Under the pieces are notes generated by a model. It searched no databases and was not told the origin of the DNA. It worked only from the letters and a program-made list of their open reading frames with translations. The position numbers were made by a program, and so were the translations under genes. From Patescibacteria group bacterium (GTDB lineage: Bacteria > Patescibacteriota > Patescibacteriia > UBA2591 > UBA4787), in assembly GCA_028715115.1 (NCBI GenBank), contig JAQUSN010000001.1, positions 67,314-131,313 of the forward strand: 64,000 bases of DNA, in the 5' to 3' direction. Below are positions 50,099-58,633 of this stretch, piece after piece; position 1 is the stretch's first letter; each line of letters starts with the position of its first letter.

Positions 50099-51454
50099 AT
50101 GGCATACCCAAAAGTAGTTCTTGTCGGACAGATCAATGCCGGAAAATCTTCCCTTTTTAACCGTATTATCTCTAGGCAAAAAGCGTTAGTTTCAAAAACT
50201 CCCGGAACAACACGTGATCGCAATTATGCGGAAAGCGAATGGCAAGGAAAAAAATTTACTTTAGTTGATAGCGCCGGTTTTGAAAAAAGAATTAGCTTGG
50301 CCCAAGATTCTCTGTCGGCTGAATATTCTTCAATATTACAACAAGCCATTAAAAAACAAATCGAGCTTGCCATTGCCGAAGCAGATTTGATTTTATTTCT
50401 AATCGATATTCAGCAAGGCACTAACCAATTAGACATTGAGATGGCTAAGATGATTAAAAAAAATAAAAAACCTGTTATCTTGGTTTTGAATAAAGCTGAC
50501 AGCTCTAAGTGGGTAAATGAAGCAAATGACTCTGCTTATTGGAATCTGGGCTTAGGTGAACCGCGAGCAGTCTCGGCCGTCACCGGATTAGGAATAGGCG
50601 ATTTGCTTGACGAAGTCGCCAAAAAAATAAAACGCGGAGCGGGCGATAAAAAAAACACCATGCCAGCTATTCGCGTCGCCATCGCCGGCAGGCCTAACGT
50701 GGGCAAATCCAGTTTGATTAATGCCATCTTGGGAGAAGAGCGGGTTATTGTTTCGCCGGTTGCCCACACCACGCGCGAACCACAAGACACGCTTTTTTAT
50801 TTTAACGATAAGCCAATTGTTTTTATTGATACGGCTGGTATTAGAAAAAAATCTAAAGTTAAACCGGATATTGAAAAAACCGGCGTATTAATGTCGCTTA
50901 AAGCTATTCGTAAAGCTGATATTATTGTTTTGGTCTTGGATATTAGCGAAAAAATTAGCCATCAAGACAAGGCTTTGGTTGATTTGATAGTCGAAGCTGG
51001 CAGAGGATTAATCCTGGCTATAAATAAAATCGACCTAGAAAACAACTTTAATAATAAGTTCGAAAAGTTTATCGAATATTATCAATGGAATTTGCCCGGA
51101 GCTAGTTGGGCGCCAATTATATTTATTTCTACTAAAACGAAGCAAAACGTCAATGAAATTTTAAACCTGATTGAATGTGTCGAAACCAATCGTCAACGAA
51201 AAATCTCCGAAAAAGATTTAACCGATTTTATAAAACAAGTCGTCTTAACTAAAAAATTCCGCGATAAATGGTGGGCTCAAGTAAAATTTACTCAAATTGA
51301 CATTAACCCACCGCAGTTTTTACTTCTGATTCCACCTCTGGCGGCTAAAAGAAAGTTGCTCTCCCCGGCTCAACTTGCTATAATAGAAAAAAGCCTGCGA
51401 CAAAAATGGTCCCTTGAGGGCACTTCCATTAAAATTAGCACTGGCGTTTTATAA
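50099..51454 (+). CDS. der: Ribosome biogenesis GTPase Der
   Basis: Two tandem G domains (NAGKSSLFN/GTTRD and GRPNVGKSS/DTAG). Confidence 0.95.
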   Translation: MAYPKVVLVGQINAGKSSLFNRIISRQKALVSKTPGTTRDRNYAESEWQGKKFTLVDSAGFEKRISLAQDSLSAEYSSILQQAIKKQIELAIAEADLILFLIDIQQGTNQLDIEMAKMIKKNKKPVILVLNKADSSKWVNEANDSAYWNLGLGEPRAVSAVTGLGIGDLLDEVAKKIKRGAGDKKNTMPAIRVAIAGRPNVGKSSLINAILGEERVIVSPVAHTTREPQDTLFYFNDKPIVFIDTAGIRKKSKVKPDIEKTGVLMSLKAIRKADIIVLVLDISEKISHQDKALVDLIVEAGRGLILAINKIDLENNFNNKFEKFIEYYQWNLPGASWAPIIFISTKTKQNVNEILNLIECVETNRQRKISEKDLTDFIKQVVLTKKFRDKWWAQVKFTQIDINPPQFLLLIPPLAAKRKLLSPAQLAIIEKSLRQKWSLEGTSIKISTGVL

Positions 51455-51499
51455 AGGGCTTCGCCCCTTGTTGCCAGCGCTCATTCGGCAATAAATTTT

Positions 51500-52057
51500 A
51501 TGTTCGCTATTATTGGTTTAGGCAATCCCGGAAAAAAATACGCCGACACGCGCCATAACGCGGGCTGGCAAATTTTAGATTCGCTGTCTGGCAAATTAAA
51601 ATGGTCAAGCAGCAAACATTCTCCTATAAGCTATTGCTGGAAAGACATTAATGGGCAATCAATTGAACTAGTTAAACCGACTACTTTCATGAATAAATCC
51701 GGCCTAGCCATCGGTCATCTTGTTAAAAAACACCAGCTTAAGCCCCAAGATCTTATTGTCGTTCATGATGACAAAGACTTGCCCTTGGGAAAATTAAGAA
51801 TTCAAATTAATCATGGAGCCGCCGGCCACAACGGCGTTAAATCTATCATCGAACATCTGAAATCAACCAACTTTATCCGTGTTCGCATCGGTATTCAGTC
51901 GGACGAAACAGAAAACACGCCGGCAGAAAAATTAGTATTACAAAAATTCTCAAAAAAAGAAAAATTGATTTTAAAAAAAGTGATTAACCAGGCCAACGAA
52001 GCGATAAAAATGATTATTGAAAAAGGATTAAATAAGGCCATGAGCAAGTTTAATTAA
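51500..52057 (+). CDS. pth: Peptidyl-tRNA hydrolase
   Basis: GLGNPG, TRHNAG, KPTTFMN and GHNGVKS. Confidence 0.97.
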   Translation: MFAIIGLGNPGKKYADTRHNAGWQILDSLSGKLKWSSSKHSPISYCWKDINGQSIELVKPTTFMNKSGLAIGHLVKKHQLKPQDLIVVHDDKDLPLGKLRIQINHGAAGHNGVKSIIEHLKSTNFIRVRIGIQSDETENTPAEKLVLQKFSKKEKLILKKVINQANEAIKMIIEKGLNKAMSKFN

Positions 52058-52065
52058 AATTTTTC

Positions 52066-52108
52066 TTAAGTAAAAATCGCTAAACTATTTTTGGCGATTT
52101 TTACTTAA
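52066..52108 (+). terminator. Long inverted repeat after pth
   Basis: TTAAGTAAAAATCGC...GCGATTTTTACTTAA. Confidence 0.65.
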
Positions 52109-52114
52109 CACAAA

Positions 52115-52136
52115 AGGGGCTGCGTTAGCAGCCCCT
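52115..52136 (-). terminator. Hairpin after islet 5
   Basis: AGGGGCTGC-GTTA-GCAGCCCCT followed by TTT on the minus strand. Confidence 0.75.
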
Positions 52137-52158
52137 AAGTCGTATTCATAACCACCTC

Positions 52159-52536
52159 CTATCGAACAATCTGGTAGTACGTGGTTAGCGTATCGCCCAG
52201 ACCCTTGCGCCAGAACATTATCATTACTTCGTCTCCATATTCCACGAAACAGTCGCGGCGCGCTTCTCCATAGCAGCTGAGATAGACCCAGAACTTACTG
52301 CTGTAGGTGCCGTCGTTCTCGCGGACCGAAACCTCCAACCACATGGGCTGTTGGCCCTCATTGTACACTTCGGCGCTCTGGTTGGGAACGTGCAAGTACA
52401 AATACACATCCCCAGAAAAGACCAAACCCTGCTGGTCGACGTTCCACGTTTCTACGGGGAAAAACGACTGACAGGCTGGGCCACCAAAGAGAACCAGGGC
52501 CGAAAAGAACAAGAACAGCCTCCCGGCTGTTTTCAT
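52159..52536 (-). CDS. GC-rich putative lipoprotein (islet 5)
   Basis: SD AAAGGAG, hydrophobic leader ending in GPAC, own promoter and hairpin. Confidence 0.7.
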   Translation of the reverse strand: MKTAGRLFLFFSALVLFGGPACQSFFPVETWNVDQQGLVFSGDVYLYLHVPNQSAEVYNEGQQPMWLEVSVRENDGTYSSKFWVYLSCYGEARRDCFVEYGDEVMIMFWRKGLGDTLTTYYQIVR

Positions 52537-52562
52537 GATACTCTCCTTTCGTGAAGGCTTGT

Positions 52563-52694
52563 TTGTCCCTCACTCTTATGCCCCTCAGCCTATGACCTAC
52601 GCTAGATAAACTAGATCAATCATAAATTGTGGCTACTTCCTGACTAGGAGGGATTGTCAGTTTCACCGCTGAGGAGCAGAAGAGTAAAGAACAA
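52563..52694 (-). ncRNA. Structured leader RNA of islet 5 (27-bp closing stem)
   Basis: Arms 52563-52589 and 52668-52694 give 22 Watson-Crick pairs, 4 G-U pairs (minus strand only) and 1 mismatch. Confidence 0.7.
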
Positions 52695-52713
52695 TTCATT
52701 CATTCATATTAAT

Positions 52714-52742
52714 ATCATAACAGATTTTTTGACTTTTGTCAA
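52714..52742 (-). promoter_or_regulatory. Islet 5 promoter TTGACA-17-TATGAT (extended TG)
   Basis: -35 at 52742-52737, -10 at 52719-52714. Confidence 0.85.
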
Positions 52743-52816
52743 CCCCCCACCCTAAACTTTTTGGCGGGGTTAAGCCCGCACTTGAAATTTATAGGTAAGA
52801 GATCAAGAGGAAGGTG

Positions 52817-52845
52817 TTGCCTATAATAATTTTTTTTAATATAAT
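52817..52845 (+). promoter_or_regulatory. Promoter TTGCCT-17-TATAAT
   Basis: Upstream of the 53043 operon. Confidence 0.65.
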
Positions 52846-53042
52846 AAAGGTAGTCCCTCCTCGCCCAGCTAGCTGATTCGAGGTGCTCCCGCCAGCCGTC
52901 GCCTGCCAGATGTTATAGTAAATAAAATTTAGATACGCCCTGCTAATAATAAACATTGAAAACACTTTGACTTATGGTAGGCAGGCCAAAATTCTAAGAA
53001 AAATTTTACAAATTGTGTGCTTAATTTTCTAATAATCTTAGT

Positions 53043-54731
53043 ATGAAAAAGCTTCTGCCTTACATTATAATTTTCCTGCTAGTTTTAGGATTTTTCACCT
53101 TTTTGCAGTCCGCACCGCGACTAGGCGACGGTGATTCTTTTTATCACGCCAAAATTACCGAATTAATGATTCAGGGTCGTGCACCGGTTAAAATTTTTCC
53201 TTGGCTGCCTTACACAATTTTAAACAACTTCTATTACGACCATCATTTTTTGTTTCATATCTATCTTGTTCCTTTTCTTCTACTGATTGGCCAACCGTTG
53301 GTAGCTATTAAGGTCGGGACGATAATTTTGGGCGCACTTTTTGTCACCGTGCTCTATTGGTTTTTACGCCGCTATCAAATTAAATACGCACTGCTTTATC
53401 TTATTCCAGCCATCACTTCATATGTGCTAATCGTCAGATTAAATTTAGATAAAGCACCTGGCGCTTCGCTAATTTTCTTCTTGCTGGGCATTTATTTCAT
53501 TTTACAAAGAAAAAAAATTGCCCTAGCAATTTTGTCTTTTTTGTATGTTTGGCTTTATGACGCCTGGCCGATTATTTTAATCACCACCCTGGCTTATTGC
53601 TTGGCTGTCGCCATTAAATCCGTTATCGATGATTGGCCCGCCTTAAGCAAAACTTTGGATAAAAAACTACTAAAGCAGGTTTTATTCTTTATTAAAAAAA
53701 CCTTTGTTGGTTTTTTCAGTAAATCAAATCTAGCTCTCTTGGGGTCGTGCCTGATTGGCTTGATAGCCGGTATTGTTATCAATCCATACTTCCCTAATGA
53801 TTTAAAGTTTTTCTGGGTTCATATCGTCAAAATCGGCATTTTCACACCAGGCTTAAAATACGGAGTTGGCGCTGAATGGTATCCTTACGACACCATTGCT
53901 CTGGTAAAAGAAAATATTTTAATCATGGCTCTTTGGCTATTTACAGTAGCTTGGTTCTTGGTTAGTTTTAAAAAACCAAGTAAAACCTTTCCTGAGGTAG
54001 AACCGCTTTTACCTCAACTCGGGCAAAGCAAAGAATCACTGTTTCTTGTTATTCTAAATACCTTTTTCTTTTTATACACGCTTAAGGCCAGGCGCATAGC
54101 TGAATATTTTATTCCGCTCACGGCCATCACCGCGGCTTTTGTTTTAAATAAAGCCATAAAAAATATTAACTTTAAAGAATTTTGGCAAGAAATAAAAAAC
54201 GTATTCCTTAAGCCACGATTCATTTTAATAAGCATGCTCATCGCCCTGTTGATTGTAGTCTCGCTGGGCGCCCTAATCGGATCAATCATAAAAATTCAGC
54301 AAAATACTTTTAATTATTTCCGTCAAACCGCGCCAGCTTTTGACAGATTCTCCGGCGTCACTAACTTTATGAAAAACAACACGCCGGCCCGTTCGATCGT
54401 TTTCCATAATTCCTGGGCTTCATTTCCTGAATTCTTCTATCACGACGATAATAATTATTATATCACCGGCCTCGACTCAACGTTCTTCTATGACCCTAAT
54501 CCTAGATTATATAATCTTTGGAAAGATATTACTCAGGCAAAAATTTCAAACAACTTAGCCGCAGAAATAAAAAATAACTTTAAAGCCGATTATGTTTTGG
54601 TCCAAAAAGAAGATGCTTTGTATAGAAATAACGAAACTCAAAATCTCATAAATATCATAAACGCCGATTCTCATTTTCAAAAATTATACGAAGATAAAGA
54701 AGCTATTTTTTATCAAATTAGCGGGATATGA
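53043..54731 (+). CDS. Polytopic membrane protein (GT-C-like)
   Basis: DSFYHAK, many TM segments, GAEW and a soluble C-terminal domain. Confidence 0.65.
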   Translation: MKKLLPYIIIFLLVLGFFTFLQSAPRLGDGDSFYHAKITELMIQGRAPVKIFPWLPYTILNNFYYDHHFLFHIYLVPFLLLIGQPLVAIKVGTIILGALFVTVLYWFLRRYQIKYALLYLIPAITSYVLIVRLNLDKAPGASLIFFLLGIYFILQRKKIALAILSFLYVWLYDAWPIILITTLAYCLAVAIKSVIDDWPALSKTLDKKLLKQVLFFIKKTFVGFFSKSNLALLGSCLIGLIAGIVINPYFPNDLKFFWVHIVKIGIFTPGLKYGVGAEWYPYDTIALVKENILIMALWLFTVAWFLVSFKKPSKTFPEVEPLLPQLGQSKESLFLVILNTFFFLYTLKARRIAEYFIPLTAITAAFVLNKAIKNINFKEFWQEIKNVFLKPRFILISMLIALLIVVSLGALIGSIIKIQQNTFNYFRQTAPAFDRFSGVTNFMKNNTPARSIVFHNSWASFPEFFYHDDNNYYITGLDSTFFYDPNPRLYNLWKDITQAKISNNLAAEIKNNFKADYVLVQKEDALYRNNETQNLINIINADSHFQKLYEDKEAIFYQISGI

Positions 54732-55948
54732 CTTTAAACAAAAATAATTCCAATAAAATAACCATTGTTTTTTTAATCGGAATAGCCATAATTATCCGCT
54801 TGATTTTGGCCCTTATTAATGTCTATCCGTTTGATTTTTGGTGTTTTGGCCAATGGACGGCCAGAATCTTATCGTTAAACAATGCTTTTAATTGGTCAGA
54901 TCTTTATCTCAACCTGCCACCTGAAACGGTTTATCCGGTACTGCCAGTCGCCCTTTATGGCTATGGATTATTCGGTTTTTTGGGAAAAATAATTTTCGGC
55001 CATCAGCTTTTTACTTCGCCGTTTATTGCCCGCATTGTTTTAAAACTACTAGCCATTGTTTCCGATTTATTAGTCGGATTTTTTATTTATAAACTGCTAG
55101 TACCGAAATTTTCTAAGACAAAAGCCATAGTTATTTCTTTGTTTTTCTTACTTAATCCGGCGGTGTTTTTTGTCTCCAGTTTATGGGGGCAAATCGACGC
55201 CTTGGGCGCTTTAATGGTTTTAATCAGTGTTTATTTTTTGAATAAAAAATTCTACCGCTGGGCCTGGATTTTTATTTTCTTAGCTATTTTAGCAAAACTG
55301 CAAAGTATTTTTTTCCTGCCCTTAATTTTTGTTCTGGACTTCTGGAATAATCACTGGCGTAAAACTATTATTAATGTCGCGGTTGCTTCTTTAGCTGTTT
55401 TTGTAATTTTGTTGCCCTTTATGGCCGCTTTATTAAAATTATTATATATTATGTTTTCCGGTGCTGGTTTTTACGCCTATTTATCGATCAATGCCTTCAA
55501 TTTTTGGCAAATTTTTCAATGGCGGCCAATCCATCTGAATTTCATCGCAGAAAACCATTGGTATCTTTTCGCGGCCCTGATTATTTTCGCTGTTTTCTAT
55601 TTTTTGATTTTGAAAAAATTACTCAAAAATCAAAATACTTATAATTTAACTTTTGCTTGCCTGCTGATCGCCTTTAGCGCTTTTATGTTTTTAACGAAAA
55701 TGCATGAAAGATATCTTTTCCCGGCGATTATGTTTATGCCGATTCTTTTGTCTTGGCAAAAAAAATATTTGGCCAACTATATTCTAATTTCCTTGTGTTA
55801 TTTGGCTAATTTGATTTACGCGCTTTTTGCCATTAAAGCCCTCTACCAAATATCTATTGTTTTTGCGATATTGAATTTAGCTAATTTTGCGCATCTTTTT
55901 TATGATTACTACCAACAAAAAAATTCTAATCGTCCTACCCACCCTTAA
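54728..55948 (+). CDS. Membrane glycosyltransferase (mannosyltransferase-like, GT-C)
   Basis: LLNPA, SSLWGQID and MHERYL. Confidence 0.78.
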   Translation: MTLNKNNSNKITIVFLIGIAIIIRLILALINVYPFDFWCFGQWTARILSLNNAFNWSDLYLNLPPETVYPVLPVALYGYGLFGFLGKIIFGHQLFTSPFIARIVLKLLAIVSDLLVGFFIYKLLVPKFSKTKAIVISLFFLLNPAVFFVSSLWGQIDALGALMVLISVYFLNKKFYRWAWIFIFLAILAKLQSIFFLPLIFVLDFWNNHWRKTIINVAVASLAVFVILLPFMAALLKLLYIMFSGAGFYAYLSINAFNFWQIFQWRPIHLNFIAENHWYLFAALIIFAVFYFLILKKLLKNQNTYNLTFACLLIAFSAFMFLTKMHERYLFPAIMFMPILLSWQKKYLANYILISLCYLANLIYALFAIKALYQISIVFAILNLANFAHLFYDYYQQKNSNRPTHP

Positions 55949-56642
55949 TGAAGAAAGGGCCTTGAGCGAAAACGTTAAGCGTGTTTTTGATTTCTGCCAA
56001 GATAATTTAAGTAATTATGATTGGCAAATTTTAATTGCCGACAATGGTTCAACTGACAACACGGTTTACATTTCACAGAACCTAACCAACCAACACCCCA
56101 GAATAACATATTTTCATCTAGATCAACCAGGGCGCGGCCGAGCCATGAAAAAGGCCTGGCTAGAAAATGAAGCTGATGTTTATTTATATATGGATGCTGA
56201 CCTGGCTACGGATTTAAAATATTTACCCCCGCTAATTAAAGCAATTACTGATGAAGGTTTTGATTTGGCGACCGGTTCACGATTAAAAAGAGGAGCAAAA
56301 ATTTCGCGATCTCTATTTAGAGAAATATCGTCACGAACTTATAATTTAATTTTGAGAGTTATTTTTCCGAAATATAAAATCCAGGATTCCCAGTGCGGCT
56401 TTAAAGCTATTTCTCAGCGCGTAAAAATTAAGGTTTTACCTTCAGTCAAAGATCCAATTTGGTTTTTTGACACCGAATTATTTATTCGAGCCAATGAATT
56501 GGGTTTCAAAATTAAAGAAATTCCTGTCGAGTGGCAGGACAATAAATTCGTCAAAAGAAAGACTCGAGTTAAAATTTTAAAAACCGTTACCGACGATTTA
56601 AGAGAAATTATAAAATTAAAAATAGAATTACTAAAAAAATAA
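55902..56642 (+). CDS. Glycosyltransferase family 2 (dolichyl-phosphate glucosyltransferase-like)
   Basis: PTLNEE, DNGSTD, MDADL, DSQCGFKA and WFFDTE. Confidence 0.92.
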   Translation: MITTNKKILIVLPTLNEERALSENVKRVFDFCQDNLSNYDWQILIADNGSTDNTVYISQNLTNQHPRITYFHLDQPGRGRAMKKAWLENEADVYLYMDADLATDLKYLPPLIKAITDEGFDLATGSRLKRGAKISRSLFREISSRTYNLILRVIFPKYKIQDSQCGFKAISQRVKIKVLPSVKDPIWFFDTELFIRANELGFKIKEIPVEWQDNKFVKRKTRVKILKTVTDDLREIIKLKIELLKK

Positions 56643-56660
56643 AAGTAGCTTTACGGACTT

Positions 56661-56805
56661 GCCCAGTTAGAACAACTTTACTAATACCCTAGTTTCGACC
56701 CATTTTGGTCGTTTTTTAAATTAATATAATATTTTAGTGAATAAACTATTTAACAATACTAGATGAGGCATTGAGGGGGAGAAACGTAAAATTTTCTAAC
56801 TGGGG
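56661..56805. mobile_element. MITE-like inverted-repeat element B
   Basis: CCCAGTTAGAA (56662) and TTCTAACTGGG (56794) terminal IR. Ends match element A. Confidence 0.55.
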
Positions 56806-56900
56806 TTGACAAAAAGACAAAAATATGATAGAATCTTAATAAGATATGGGGCCGTACTAGGAGGTATGGCCTTCTATGTCGAAGTAGAAACAAAGGAGGT
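56806..56900 (+). promoter_or_regulatory. Islet 6 promoter TTGACA-17-TAGAAT (extended TG) and SD AAGGAGGT
   Basis: -35 at 56806-56811, -10 at 56829-56834, SD at 56893-56900. Confidence 0.85.
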
Positions 56901-56903
56901 ACT

Positions 56904-57711
56904 GTGAAGTTCGTTACCACCCTACTGATCGCCATAATGGCGGTCATGTTCGTCGGCTGCGCCACCACCGGCATTACGCCGAATCCCACCGCCGGCTTCA
57001 GGTTTGAGTCGCAGGTAGTCGGTGACCCCCGAGACCGGCCTGCAGACACCAATCGCCAGCGCCGAAGTCTCTATCTCCGGCGCCAACATCCAAGACAGAG
57101 CCCTGCGGGATACGATCATAAAGAACGTCAAGGGCAAATTCGACGAGTTGGTTGACCAATGCCTTCAGTTCAACAACCTCGTCCTAACCAAGGCTGTTCT
57201 GGATATAAAAAAGCGGGATGCCGAAGACTCTATCTTAAGAGCGCAGGGCGTGATCAAGGCCAAGGTGGGCATCATCAACGGCTCTAACCAAGAGCTGTAT
57301 GTGGTGGTCCCATCTCAAGACCGAGGCGTTCGAGTCTGTCCAATACAGACTGCCAAGGTTAACAAGGTGAATGGCAACATTCTCTACCTGACACCAAATT
57401 CCAAAGTACCCCTCGTTGTTCAGAGCAAAGTCAACGGGCGCTGGAGCAAAACGTACACCACTGTCATCGACGTTCCCTACGCAGCTCCAGAAGACCGCAA
57501 GCCCTATCGTGACCTAAACAACGAAGGCTACGACCTCATCTACATCATCAACCTCGACGAGATGAAGCCCGCTTCAACCTCAATCGGAGCTGGCGCAACC
57601 GGAAGTATTGGTGGGGTAGAAAATACCCGTTGCTGCCACAACGACCCAGCCTACTGGCGAACAGCCGGATTCAATGTATATGGGTCCGGACCCGGCGATC
57701 GATTGCGGTAG
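56904..57711 (+). pseudogene. GC-rich lipoprotein, frameshifted (islet 6)
   Basis: Lipobox FVGC. Removing one C from the C5 run at 57026-57030 joins ORFs 56904 and 57022 into 268 aa. Confidence 0.75.
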
Positions 57712-57742
57712 ACAAGTGCGGTAGGCAAGAACTTCGAAACAA

Positions 57743-57768
57743 AAGGGACGCCCCTACGGGCGTCCCTT
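57743..57768 (+). terminator. Hairpin after islet 6
   Basis: AAGGGACGCCC-CTAC-GGGCGTCCCTT, perfect 11-bp stem. Confidence 0.75.
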
Positions 57769-57805
57769 CCATTTTACTATATTGATATTATTTTTTAGCC
57801 ATCAA

Positions 57806-58225
57806 TTAGGGAGTCGGCGCAACCACGTATTTGATTCTGGAAAGAACAAACATGGCCAAGGCGTAAGAAATCAAAATAATAAATAGGCCGATCACGCCGT
57901 TCATCATTAAAGATTTAGCCTTAGTAATCTTTTCTTCATTGCCGCCGGAGGTCATCCACTGGAAACCACCGATAATGATAATGACCACGGCAATTAGGCC
58001 AAGGAAGCCTAAAACAATGCGAACAATTCGGCCAACAATAATGGCTAGGTCGGTTTGTCCGCAAATTTCCGCCGTACAAGCAGTTCTCTCTAGCTCTTCA
58101 ACTTGAGCATAAGAGGTTAGTACCGGCGCTATGGCTAAAAATATCATAATTAAAAGGCTAACCGCAATTAAATGACGGCTAACCTTTTTAGTTATACTAA
58201 TATTCATTAAATGCTTCATGAACAT
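57806..58225 (-). CDS. VirB2/TrbC-like pilin
   Basis: IIIGGFQWMTSGGNEEKITKAK...GVIGL. Start uncertain. Confidence 0.85.
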   Translation of the reverse strand: MFMKHLMNISITKKVSRHLIAVSLLIMIFLAIAPVLTSYAQVEELERTACTAEICGQTDLAIIVGRIVRIVLGFLGLIAVVIIIIGGFQWMTSGGNEEKITKAKSLMMNGVIGLFIILISYALAMFVLSRIKYVVAPTP

Positions 58226-58255
58226 TAAAATGAATTATAAAAAATCACTCAATTA

Positions 58256-58633
58256 CTAGTGCTGGGTATTGGTATCAACGATTCTGGTAATCGCGTTCAT
58301 GATGAAAAGCGAAGCAGCGTAAGCAATGACGATAATGAACAAACCGATCACGCCGGCGCCCATTAACTTTTTGGCACCGCCAATCTTTTCTTCATTGCCG
58401 CCGGAGGTCATCCACTGGAAACCACCGATAATGATAATGACCACGGCAATTAGGCCAAGGAAGCCTAAAACCAAACGAACGATACGAGCAATAACCACGG
58501 TTAAGTCGGCATTGCTTAATTCAGTCTGTGTTTCAAACTGTTCCAATCCTTCGTTCATTGGAGGTAGGGCCATGACTATTAGAGGGGCCACCACCATAGC
58601 AGTTAAAGCTGTCGCGATAAGAACTTTTTTCAT
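58256..58633 (-). CDS. VirB2/TrbC-like pilin
   Basis: Same core motif, with signal peptide MKKVLIA. Confidence 0.85.
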   Translation of the reverse strand: MKKVLIATALTAMVVAPLIVMALPPMNEGLEQFETQTELSNADLTVVIARIVRLVLGFLGLIAVVIIIIGGFQWMTSGGNEEKIGGAKKLMGAGVIGLFIIVIAYAASLFIMNAITRIVDTNTQH

